Made by a program: the position numbers and the translations under genes | Notes under the pieces: generated by a model | Database searches by the model: none | Told to the model about the DNA's origin: nothing | What the model saw: only the letters and a program-made list of their open reading frames with translations | In this document: piece after piece, positions 13,353-25,675 of the stretch | Numbering within the stretch: position 1 is the first letter of the stretch | Layout: each line of letters opens with the position of its first letter | Assembly (NCBI GenBank): GCA_040954595.2 | Contig: CM082582.2 | Span: 310,001 to 374,000 of the forward strand | From: Balanoglossus misakiensis | Taxonomy: Eukaryota > Animalia > Hemichordata | Direction of reading: 5' to 3' | DNA length: 64,000 bases

Positions 13353-14269
13353 ATTTTGTATTATCTTCACTGCTCGCAAAAATGTAGTTACTGTCACAAA
13401 ATGGAATGGAAGCAGGACTTACCCCAACCGGCATTGTTCTATGTTACGGTCTCGTAGATGCTGGCGGTCAACTGCTAAGTCATTAGATGTCATCCTTCCA
13501 TAACGATGCTCGGTGCCAAAGTAATTATCCACGCATATAGTATTTCGGTTCTACCTTAGGAACAGGTTGAGTGCATTGTAAATCGCTGAACGAATTTTAT
13601 AAAGGGAACGACGTGATTCGATCGGCTTCCTCACCCGTGGACCGTCTTCTCTCGCGTCAAAACGTTGTAGTTGTGTAATAAATAACCTTTGACCCTGCAT
13701 TCGCGCGCCAAATCAGGGTATTTCGCAAGACATTGTGCCCAGCGTGGCGTGTATATGAACCACATCCCGGCAAAGTTTTCCATGGCGTGTTTTCAAACCA
13801 TACATACATCTTTTTATGGTTTGAAAAGCGACCACTAACTCCAACGGCTTAAAATGCAGCCAAGGTTAAATATGGTACAAATTCGAGCCAGACATAAGTA
13901 TCACTAAAGTTTGCGAGCAAACCAGAGATTGTGTTCAATGGCTTAATAATAAGCCATTCCAGACAGGTTGTCCAGCGGCGTATTTACAAACCATTTTTCT
14001 AACATTGACTGGCTTGCTGGCACACACCAGAAAATTTAGCGGCTTGTGGAAATACCGAAGTTTCGGCAAGTATGACGAGGTGGCTTGTCAGCAAACCCGA
14101 ATGGCTTGAGTACAAACCGGCTTGTTTTTGCAGAATTTGCAGTGTAGCGTACGTTAGCAACGGTGATCAAGTCAGATTTTCTACGGCATGGCTTGGATAA
14201 AGCCCCGGCACTCTAGAGCAGAAACACGCGTACAGAGACCACGTTGATCAAGTCTGATCTCCTACGGCT

Positions 14270-15560
14270 TGGCTCGACTAAAACCCCGGCACACTATGAC
14301 AGACACTAGCGTTCGTTAGCAACGTTGATCAAGTCAGATTTCCTACGGCATGGCTTGGCTAAAGCCCTGGCACTCTAGAGCAGAAACACGCGTACAGAGA
14401 CCACGTCGATCTACTCACATTTCCTTCGGCCTGGCACGGCTGATGCCCCGGCACTATATATAGGACACAGACTGGCGTAAGTTAACAACGGTAATCACGT
14501 CGGGTTTCCTACGGCCTGGCTCAGCTGAAGCCCCGGCACTCTAGAGCAGAAACAGGTGTACATTGACCACGTTGATCAAGTCAGATTTCCTACGGCATGA
14601 CTCGGCTGGTGCACCGGCTCTATATGACACAGACTGGCGTAAGTTATCAACGGTGATTACGTCGTATTTCCTACGGCCTGTTTTAGCTGAAGACCCTGGC
14701 ACTTTAGAGCGGAAACACGCGTACATTGACCACGATGATCAAGTCAGATCTCCTACGGCTTGGCTCGACTAAAACCCCGGCACAATATGACAGACACTAG
14801 CGTTCGTTAGCAACGTTGATCAAGTCAGATTTCCTACGGCATGGCTTGGCTAAAGCCCTGGCATTGTAGAGCAGAAACACGCGTACAGAGACCACATTGA
14901 TCTACTCACATTTCCTTAGGCCTGGCACGGCTGATGCCCCGGCACTATATATAGGACACAGACTGGCGTAAGTTAACAGCGGTAATCACGTCGGGTTTCC
15001 TACGGCCTGGCTCAGCTGAAGCCCCGGCACTCTAGAGCAGAAACAGGTGTACATTGACCACGTTGATCAAGTCAGATTTCCTACGGCATGACTCGGCTGG
15101 TGCACCGGCTCTATATGACACAGACTGGCGTAAGTTATCAACGGTGATTACGTCGTATTTCCTACGGCCTGGTTTAGCTGAAGACCCTGGCACTTTAGAG
15201 CGGAAACACGCGTACATTGACCACGATGATCAAGTCAGATCTCCTACGGCTTGGCTCGACTAAAACCCCGGCACAATATGACAGACACTAGCGTTCGTTA
15301 GCAACGTTGATCAAGTCAGATTTCCTACGGCATGGCTTGGCTAAAGCCCTGGCATTGTAGAGCAGAAACACGCGTACAGAGACCACATTGATCTACTCAC
15401 ATTTCCTTAGGCCTGGCACGGCTGATGCCCCGGCACTATATATAGGACACAGACTGGCGTAAGTTAACAGCGGTAATCACGTCGGGTTTCCTACGGCCTG
15501 GATCAGCTGAAGCCCCGGCACTCTAGAGCAGAAACAGGCGTACATTGACCACGTTGATCA
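14270..15560 (+). repeat. Tandem 491-bp higher-order repeat variant, ~2.7 copies
   Basis: CTACTCACAT is at 14411, 14902 and 15393. A 1-bp insertion variant (GAAGACCCTGGC) is shared between copies, and the duplicated ORFs at 14541/15032 are 491 bp apart. Confidence 0.9.
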
Positions 15561-18500
15561 AGTCAGATTTCCTACGGCCTGGCTCGACTAAAACCCCGGC
15601 ACACCATGACAGACACTAGCGTTCGTTAGCAACGGTGATCAAGTCGGATTTCCTTCGGCCTGGCTCGGCAAAAGACCCGACACTCTAGTACAAAGACGTT
15701 GGCTAAGTCGGGCAAACCGAAGAGGGAAAGTCACAGCGGGTCAACACTCGACATTTGTTCGGGTAGGACTGCATTATTGCCTGTCAATTTATTGAGAAAG
15801 CCCGAATTTAACACGGGCGTTTCAAACACCGACGTTAGTTGGGGGCACGGCCTGCAGTACTGCCGGGTAAGCTGACATCGGCGGACCGCATATAATGTAG
15901 GGGGGGGGGGGGGAAACAGAACGGTTGAATACTACATTTATTAGATATCAGCTAATTTTGGACAATCATCTAAATCATTTTTTTCATATTTGGATATCTG
16001 ATGATGTATGAAATTTCCATTATATATGTGAAAATGGTGCTGATTATAAAAAATGCACTCTGATTTAATACAAAATTGCGTTTTATTCGTTTTTGCACCA
16101 AAAAGGTCATTTCTAGGCAAACAATTCTTTATTTTTTTAATTCGGTGACCTGATCATATATAAAGAATTGCTTGTATGTTAAAAGTTTTTATGACTTTTA
16201 AAAGCAGTGACACTGGCTGCATTCAACACAAAAATAACAATTTTAGCCACAATTTGGTCAAAATGGTAAATTTTTGAAAATTACAAAAAATACCTGTTTT
16301 CTACATTTTCGGAAATCTGATGGAGTATAGAATGCTCTTCGTATGTATATATCGATACAAATTCCACAAAAGACCGTCTAATTTGGCTCACTGCAGACAA
16401 AATTGCGTTTTACCAAATTTTCCTTGAAAATGTCATTTTTAGAAAAAAAAAAAACCTTTGTTCTTCGAATTTGGTGCCCTGATCATATATGACATGTTGA
16501 TTGTATGTTAAAACTTTCGACCACTCAAAAAATGCAGAGATATTGACGGAATTCAAGAAAAAATAGCCATTTTTGCCATATTTTGACAAAAATGGTAAAT
16601 TTTTAAAAAATCATAAAAAATTAACTCTTTTCTTCATTTTCGGAAATATTATGGAGCATGAAGTGTCGTTCTCTTGTAAAAAGTGCTGCAAATTCCAGAA
16701 AAGGCGGTATAATTTGAATCACCCAAGACAAAATTACCATTTTCGACTTTTTTTCGAAAAATTGTCTTTTTTACAAAATAAATAAGAATAAATTCTTTTC
16801 TTAGTTTCAAACGGGTAGAGATACTTTCCACACGGGTTTTCTAACATTGAATTCCCGTTCATCAACTCAGATTTCCTACAGCATAAGTCGGCTAAAACCC
16901 TGACACTCTAGAGCAGAAACAGTTGCACACTGGTAACGTTGAACAAGTCGATTTTTCTACGGCCTGGCTCGGCTAAATCTCCGTCACAATATGACAGACA
17001 CTAGCGTACGTTAGCAACGGTGATCAAGTCAGATTTTCTACGGCATGGCTTGGATAAAGCCCCGGCACTCTAGAGCAGAAACAGGCGTACACTGACCACG
17101 TTGATCAAGTCAGATTTCCTACGGCGTGACTCGGCTGGTGCACCGGCTCTATATGACACAGACGTAAGTTATCAACGGTGACTACGTCGGGTTTCCTACG
17201 GCCTGGTTTAGCTGAAGCCCCGGCACTTTAGAGCTGAAACACGCGTACATTGACCACGATGATCAAGTCAGATCTCCTACGGCCTGGCTCGACTAAAACC
17301 CCGGCACACCATGACAGACACTAGCCATCGTTAGCAACGGTGATCAAGTCGGATTTCCTTCGGCCTGGCTCTGCAAAAGACCCGACACTCTAGTACAAAG
17401 ACGTTGGCTAAGTCGGGCAAACCGAAGAGGGAAAGTCACAGCGGGTCAACACTCGACATTTGTTCGGGTAGGACTGCATTATTGCCTGTCAATTTATAGA
17501 GAAATCCCGAATTTAACCAGGGCGTTTCAAACACCGACGTTAGTTGGGGGCACGGCCTGCAGTACTGACATCGGCGTACCGCACATAATGTAGGGGGGGG
17601 GGGGGGAGGACGGTTCAATACTACATTTATTAGATATCAGCTAATTTTTGACAATCATTTAAAATCTAAAATATTTGGATATCTGATGATGTATGAAATT
17701 TCCATTATATGTGAAAATGGTGCTGATTATAAAAAATGCACTCTGATTTAATACAAAATTGCGTTTTATTCGTTTTTGCACCAAAAAGGTCATTTTTAGG
17801 CAAAACATTCATTATTTTTTTAATTCGGTGACCTGATCATATATAAACAATTGCTTGTATGTTAAAAGTTTTTATGTCTTTTAAAAGCAGTGACACTGGC
17901 GGCATTCAACACGAAAATAACAATTTTAGCCACAATTTGGTCAAAATGGTAAATTTTTGAAAATTACAAAAAATACCTGTTTTCTACATTTTCGGAAATC
18001 TGAAGGAGTATAGAATGCTCTTTGTATGTATATATCGATACAAATTCCACAAAAGACCGTCTAATTTGGCTCACTGCAGACAAAATTGCGTTTTACCAAC
18101 TTTTCCTTGAAAATGTCATATTTAGAAAAAAAAATAAAAAAACCTTTGTTCTTCGAATTTGGTGCCCTGATCATATATGACATGTTGATTGTATGTTAAA
18201 ACTTTCGACCACTCCAAAAATGCAGAGATACTGACGGAATTCAATAAAAAATAGCCATTTTGGCCATATTTTGTCAAAAATGGTAATTTTTTAAAAAAAT
18301 CATAAAAAACTAACTCTTTTCTTCATTTTCGGAAATATTGTGGAGCATGAAGTGTCGTTCTCTTGTAAAAAAAATGCTGCAAATTCCAGAAAAGGCGGTA
18401 TAATCACCCAAGACAAAATTACCATTTTCGACTTTTTTTCGAAAAATTTTCTTTTTTGCAAAATAAATAAGAATAAATTCTTTTCTTAGTTTCAAACGGG

Positions 18501-20974
18501 TAGAGATACTTTCCACACGGGTTTTCTAACATTGAATTCCCGTTCATCAACTCAGATTCCCCACAGCATAAGTCGGCTAAAACCCTAACACTCTAGAGCA
18601 GAAAGAGTTGCACACTGGTAACGTTGAACAAGTCGATTTTTCTACGGCCTGGCTCGGCTAAATCTCCGTCACAATATGACAGACACTAGCGTACGTTAGC
18701 AACGGTGATCAAGTCAGATTTTCTACGGCATGGGTTGGATAAAGCCCCGGCACTCTAGAGCAGAAACACGCGTACAGAGACCACGTTGATCAAGTCTGAT
18801 CTCCTACGGCTTGGCTCGACTAAAACCCCGGCACACTATGACAGACACTAGCGTTCGTTAGCAACGTTGATCAAGTCAGATTTCCTACGGCATGGCTTGG
18901 CTAAAGCCCCGGCACTCTAGAGCAGAAACACGCGTACGGAGACCACGTTGATCTACTCACATTTCCTTCGGCCTGGCACGGCTGATGCCCCGGCACTATA
19001 TATAGGACACAGACTGGCGTAAGTTAACAACGGTAATCACGTCGGGTTTCCTACGGCCTGGCTCAGCTGAAGCCCGAGCATTCTAGAGCGGAAACAGGCG
19101 TACATTGACCACGTTGATCAAGTCAGATTTCCTACGGCGTGACTCGGCTGGTGCACCGGCTCTATATGACACAGACTGGCGTAAGTTATCAACGGTGATT
19201 ACGTCGGATGTCCTACGGCCTGGTTTAGCTGTAGCCCCGGCACTTTAGAGCGGAAACACGCGTACATTGACCACGATGATCAAGTCAGATCTCCTACGGC
19301 CTGGCTCGACTAAAACCCCGGCACACCATGACAGACACTAGCGTTCGTTAGCAACGGTGATCAAGTCGGATTTCCTTCGGCCTGGCTCTGCAAAAGACCC
19401 GACACTCTAGTACAAAGACGTTGGCTAAGTCGGGCAAACCGAAGAGGGAAAGTCACAGCGGGTCAACACTCGACATTTGTTCCGGTAGGACTGCATTATT
19501 GCCGGTCAATTTATAGAGAAAGCCCGAATTTAACCAGGGCGTTTCAAACACCGACGTTAGTTGGGGGGGGGGGGGGGCACGGCCTGCAGTACTGCCGGGT
19601 AAGCTGACATCGGCGTACCGCATATAATGTAGGGGGGGGGAACAGAACGGTTCAATACTACATTTATTAGATATCAGCTAATTTTGGACAATCATCCAAA
19701 ATCTAAATCATTTTTTCATATTTGGATATCTGATGATGTATGAAATTTCTATTATATGTAAAAATGGTGCTGATTCTAAAAAATGCACTATGAATGAGCT
19801 GATTTAATACAAAATTGCGTTTTATTCGTTTTTGCACCAAAAAGGTCATTTTTAGGCAAAACATTCTTTATTTTTTTAATTCGGTGACCTGATCATATAT
19901 AAACAATTGCTTGTATGTTAAAAGTTTTTATGACTTTTAAAAGCAGTGACACTGGCGGCATTCAACACGAAAATAACAATTTATTTTTTTAATTCGGTGA
20001 CCTGATCATATATAAACAATTGCTTGCATGTTAAAAGTTTTTATGACTTTTAAAAGCAGTGACACTAGCGGCATTTAACACGAAAATAACAATTTTAGCC
20101 ACAATTTGGTCAAAATGGTAAATTTTTGAAAATTACAAAAAATACCTGTTTTCTACATTTTCGGAAATCTGATGGAGTATAGAATCCTCTTCGTATATAT
20201 ATATATATCGATACAAATTCCACAAAAAAACGGCCAATTTGGCTCACCGCAGACAATTTTTTTTAATTCGGTGACCTGATCATATATAAACAATTGCTTG
20301 TATGTTAAAAGTTTTTATGACTTTTAAAAGCAGTGACACTGGCGGCATTCAACACGAAAATAACAATTTTAGCCACAATTTGGTCAAAATAGTAAATTTT
20401 TGAAAATTACAAAAAACACCTGTTTTCTACATTTTCGGAAATCTGATGGAGTATAGAATGCTCTTCGTATGTATATATCGATACAAATTCCACAAAAGAC
20501 AGTCTAATTTGGCTCACTGCAGACAAAATTGCGTTTTACCAAATTTTTCTTGAAAATGTCATTTTTAGAAAAAAATAAAAAACCTTTGTTCTTCGAATTT
20601 GGTGCCCTGATCATATATGACATGTTGATTGTATGTTAAAACTTTCGACCTCTCCAAAAATGCAGAGATATTGACGGAATTCAAGAAACAAGTGACCTAT
20701 TGGTCAAAAGAGCTCTGCTGACTTTAACAGTGTAACCTGGGCAATGATATGAATACAGAATACCATAGGTTTTAATTTATAACAATTGTATTCTATTAAA
20801 CAAAACCAAACATAGACATCAATATAGCTGCCAAGCAGCAATAGCGGGCACAAGCCAACATTGCACATAGCACATAGCGGTAATCATTACAGGTGTGTGC
20901 TTATTCTTACCAAATATAAAGTCAGCAGACTTTTAATTTATGTAGTATTTCGCATTTCCGTCATATTTACATCA

Positions 20975-21910
20975 AAGGTCATGTGAGGTCACCAGAAATT
21001 TGGGTAATAATTTTGACCCTATACTGGTCCATGTCCCACAAGAACGAAACCTCAACCCCTATTAGTTAGCCTGGAATTAGGTATGCACATACTTAATGAG
21101 TTAAGTAGGTGTCACAGGTGACCTTTAAATTTGGTTTCTTATTTTGGTCCCATCCGTACTGTACCTACTCTGGGTGCCGAGTTATGCAGAAGAATGTCAA
21201 AGGTCACCAAAATTTGGGCAAGAAATTTTGACCCTATACTTATCCAGGTCCAACAAAAACCAGACCTCTAGCCTTATTGGTTCGCCTAGAATTAGGTATG
21301 TACATAATTAATGAGGTAAAGTGTAAGACTCCATTAGGAGTTCCATCCCTCCAAATACCAAGGCTGTACCTGCTCTGGATACCGAGATATGGTAAAGTAG
21401 GTCAAAGGCTACCTAAGGTCACCCAAAATTTGGGCAAGAAATTTTGACCCTTTACTAATCCAGGTCCAACAAAAACCAGACCTCTAGCCTTATTGGTTCG
21501 CCTAGAATTAGGTATGCACATAATTAATGAGGTAAAGTGTAAGACTCCATTAGGAGTTCCATCCTTCCAAATACCAAGGCTGTACCTGCTCTGGATACAG
21601 AGATATGGTAAAGTAGGTCAAAGGTCACCTAAGGTCACCAAAAATTTGGGCAAGAAATTTTGACCCCATAATTGTCCATGTTCAACAAAAACAAAACCTA
21701 TAGCCCTATTGGTTAGCCTAGAATTAGGTATGTGCATAATTAATGAGATATGCATGTGTCACAGGTGACCCCCATTTCGGCTTTTAAATTTTAGCCCCAA
21801 CCCTCAAAACGCCAAGTCTGTACCTGCTCTGTATGCCGAGATATAGGAAAGTAGGTCAAAGGTCATCTGAGGTCACCCAAAATTTGGGCAAATTTTTTTG
21901 ACCCCATAAA
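20975..21910 (+). repeat. ~217-bp diverged tandem repeats inside the HINE
   Basis: AAATTTGGGCAA...TTTTGACCC recurs at ~21210, 21427, 21643 and 21880, with a diverged copy at ~20997. Confidence 0.85.
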
Positions 21911-21969
21911 ATTCTATTTTTAGATCTAATTTGCATATTGATGACCCCATCAAATCCAAATTAACAAAA

Positions 21970-23953
21970 TAGTCTTCGGACTGAGCGCGATTCCCATTAT
22001 CAAAACACCGCAAAGCATGCTGGGAAATTTCAGCACTCATTGACCTCTGTTATGGCGGCCAAGAACCCAGCGTACGTGGAGAGATTTCAATCCATTTTTT
22101 TTCCATGTTTTGAGTGTACTTGACAGATTTCGTTATCTTTGTGAAAATTATTGAAATAAAGCAATAAGAGAATCAAAGAGATGAATTCGGTAGATTTGCG
22201 AAAAATAAAAATAAAAGAGTTACCTTTGACCCCTTCTATTTTAGCCTTCAGAGGCATATACCAACTTTGATTTTTTGTGCCTTTTCATCCAAAGCTTCAA
22301 TGGACGAGAAAAAACGTGGTATATACTCTATTTCATTAGAACTTTGTTGGAAACTATCGTATATCATGATCAACGACTGAATAGAGACTGTGGGACGTCT
22401 CCAATTGTTGTTGTTAAATTGGCGATTTTGTAGCAAAATACCGCGATTTTGCCGTGTCGTAGTAAAAAAAATCCAGACGCAAATGTCATGCAGAGTGTTT
22501 ATTTTAATCACTCATCACCTCTTATGCTCATTTTTTCGTCCAGAACATCTTACCCGTAAATTCCACACTTTCTGACAGGGTCTTCCTGGCACACACTGTT
22601 TTTGGGTGAAAATGCAGTGATTTGTTTGATTTTTTGTGCCTTTTCATCCAAAGAGTGAAAACTATTCAAACTCGAATTTCTGGGGTCATAGATACTTTAT
22701 TGTTATCATACGAACCTATTTTAGCTAGTGCTAAGCCTCTAAAAAAATATGCAGCCACTCGAAGTGAGGCATAAAACGTAGTTTGTCGATATTTTGGTTA
22801 TGAATGTTTGTGGGCCTTCAATCAATAATTTATCAGGTACGACCGTCCGCAGTGCCCAAAATACTTACGATACATGTTGTTATTTCGTAATCACACCGAT
22901 CGAACACAGATACCTCGCGTGGATGCAAGCACCATGTCGTTTTTCAACGGTATTGTGAATTTAACACCAATTTCAAGGGAAGTGCTTGCAGTCATGTATC
23001 CCGCAATCAGCCAAAATAAGACTCCAACAGCGAAAAAAGAGACGCATCTGGAACAAACACGCATATTTACTTCCTCTGACTTCCGTAAGAACCGCGATTA
23101 CATGCAGAATTACCCCACTAGAGCCCATGTGTGTACCCTAATCACATGGGTCAGTCTCTGACACAGAGATATCAACGCCCCTTTCATGACGTTCAAGCCT
23201 GATGACAGCATCATTGATCAATGGGTGGGTAGATATACTCATAACTGACATGATCTTATATATAAATATTCAGATATTTGTTTACAACAAACTTAGATGT
23301 ATCGAATAAACTTTGAGCAAAAGCGTGAAGCCTTGCCTTTCTTGGCGGGAGATTGACGCATGTTGTTTACGTTACCATGGCGCCATAGAAATAGTAACGC
23401 TATTTAGCATATCACGTGCACTAAATGACACCCACTGGTTGGCGTATTCAAAAGGTCATAACATTTTGGGGTCATCAGTCGGCAGACTGAAAGTCATTGA
23501 GAAATTGTGGTTTCTCGTCATTCAATTAAGGTTCATTGGTCAGAGAAAGTCGTCTGGGAATCGGCAGGTTTCGCTGCTTGCTGCATATGCTGAAATATTG
23601 CACCAGCACCATTTTAGCAACCACGATCTGTCAAATTTTGGTCAGTTCCATAGGCATCGCCATGCAATTTGCAGTGCGGGGCTGGTAAATTCAAGTGTTG
23701 ATGTTTTTTCTGAGTTAATTTTTGTAAAAAAATCACGTCGGTTTTTGGATTTGTCACAGCGAGTAAGGAACTTAATGTCAGTTCTTTGTTAAAAGCTAAG
23801 CTCGCTGGATTTTTTTCGTGTTGGAGACACTGCGACTTGTAATTTCTGTTTCCGACCATAATTTTCCGGACACTCGACAGCGTAGTCAGCCTTTTTGAAT
23901 ACTTAATGAGTGATAATGGACACGCCCACTTTGCGCGCTCAGTCCGAAGACTA
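21970..23953. mobile_element. Non-autonomous TIR element, Academ-like, nested in the HINE
   Basis: Perfect 20-bp TIRs TAGTCTTCGGACTGAGCGCG / CGCGCTCAGTCCGAAGACTA; 4-bp TSD AAAA (empty site TTAAC-AAAA-TCAGG in sister repeats). TAG termini with a 3-4 bp TSD are typical of Academ. Confidence 0.75.
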
Positions 23954-24600
23954 AAAATCAGGTAGGGACACCATAACATACATTCCTACCAAATTTCAGC
24001 TCCATCGTACATGTAGTTAGGAAGAAGATTTTTTACCAAAAAATCTATTTTTAGATCTTATTTGCATATTTATGACCCCATCAAATCCAAATTAACAAAA
24101 TCAGGTAGGGACACCATAACACACATTCCTACCAAATTTCAGCTCTATCGTACATGTAGTTATGGAGAAAAATATTTTTTACAAAAAATTCTATTTTTAG
24201 ATCTAATTTGCATATTAATGACCCCATCAAATCCAAATTTACAAAATCAGGTAGGGGCCCCATAACACACATTCCTACCAAATTTCAGCTCCATTGTACA
24301 TGTAGTTGTGGAGAAGAAGATTTTTTACCAAAAATTCTATTTTTAGATCTAATTTGCATATTAATGACCCCATCAAATCCAAATTTACAAAATCAGGTAG
24401 GGGCCCCATAACACACATTCCTACCAAATTTCAGCTCCATTGTACATGTAGTTGTGGAGAAGAAGATTTTTACCAAAAATTCTATTTTTAGATCTAATTT
24501 GCATATTCATGACCCCACCAAGTCCAAATTAACAAAATCAGTGAAGGGCACCATAACACACATTCCAACCAAATTTCAGCTAAATATGCCAAGTTGTTTT
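23954..24600 (+). repeat. ~146-bp tandem repeats inside the HINE (first copy split by the nested TIR element)
   Basis: The unit ...GACCCCATCAAATCCAAATT(A/T)ACAAAATCAGGTAGGG...ACATTCCTACCAAATTTCAGCTC... occurs ~4.5 times; the duplicated ORFs at 24062/24208 are 146 bp apart. Confidence 0.9.
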
Positions 24601-24628
24601 AAAGAAGAAGATTGAAATACCAAAAGTT

Positions 24629-24688
24629 GACGGACGACGGACGACGGACGACGGACGACGGATGACAGACGACGGACGACGGACGGAC
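24629..24688 (+). repeat. (GACGGAC)n microsatellite near the HINE end
   Basis: gacggacgacggacgacggac... read directly from the sequence. Confidence 0.9.
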
Positions 24689-25675
24689 ACTAATCAACCT
24701 ACTGCTACAGCTCAGCTGACACAAGTGACAGCCGAGCTAAAAATAGCCATTTTGGCCATATTTTGACAAAAATGGTAAATTTTTAAAAAATCATAAAAAA
24801 TTAACTCTTTTCTTCATTTTCGGAAATATTATGGACCATGAAGTGTCGTTCTCTTGTAGAAAGTGCTGCAAATTCCAGAAAAGGCGGTATAATTTGAATC
24901 ACCCAAGACAAAATTACCATTTTCGACTTTTTTTCGAAAAATTGTCTTTTTTACAAAATAAATAAGAATAAATTCTTTTCTTAGTTTCAAACGGGTAGAG
25001 ATACTTTCCACACGGGTTTTCTAACATTGAATTCCCGTTCATCAACTCACATTTCCTACAGCATAAGTCGGCTAAAACCCAGTTACTCTAGAGCAGAAAC
25101 AGTTGCACACTGGTAACGTTGAACAAGTCGATTTTTCTACGGCCTGGCTCGGCTAAATCTCCGTCACAATATGACAGACACTAGCGTACGTTAGCAACGG
25201 TGATCAAGTCAGATTTCCTACGGCCTGGTTTAGCTGAAGCCCCGGCACTTTAGAGTGGAAACACGCGTACATTGACCACGATGATCAAGTCAGATTTCCT
25301 ACGGCCTGGCTCGACTAAAACCCCGGCACACCATGACATACACTAGCGTTCGTTAGCAACGTTGATCAAGTCAGATTTCCTATGGCATGGCTTGGCTAAA
25401 GCCCTGGCACTCTAGAGCAGAAACACGCGTACAGAGACCACGTTGATCTATTCACATTTCCTTCGGCCTGGCACAGCTGATGCCCCGGCACTATATATAG
25501 GACACAGACTGGCGTAAGTTAACAACGGTAATCACGTCGGGTTTCCTACGGCCTGGCTCAGCTGAAGCCCCGGCACTCTAGAGCAGAAACAGGCGTACAT
25601 TGACCACGTTGATCAAGTCAGATTTCCTACGGCGTGATTTAAATTACGAATTCCAGATATGCTATTACTAATTAA

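Larger units (their letters stand above)
9693..14144. mobile_element. Non-autonomous CACTA/EnSpm-type DNA transposon (4452 bp)
   Basis: Perfect 13-bp TIRs CACTGCAAATTCT / AGAATTTGCAGTG; 2-bp TSD TA (9691-9692, 14145-14146) splitting satellite GACAC-TA-GCGTACG; many subterminal GGCTTG/CAAGCC/AAACC motifs at both ends; no long ORF. Confidence 0.85.
20687..24740 (+). mobile_element. Helentron-associated non-autonomous element (HINE; DINE-1/Pearl/Tsp-like architecture)
   Basis: Inserted in the satellite A-run TCAAGAAA|AAATAGCC with no distinguishable TSD. Starts AACAAG; 13-bp inverted repeat TCTGCTGACTTTA (20714-20726) / TAAAGTCAGCAGA (20917-20929); internal tandem repeats; (GACGGAC)n microsatellite; terminal hairpin AGCTCAGCTGACAC-AA-GTGACAGCCGAGCT. 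Confidence 0.8.

Noticed and set aside
22248-23979. ORFs inside the Academ-like element as functional genes
   Set aside because: They are short, overlap on both strands, and show no recognisable transposase or other domain motifs.
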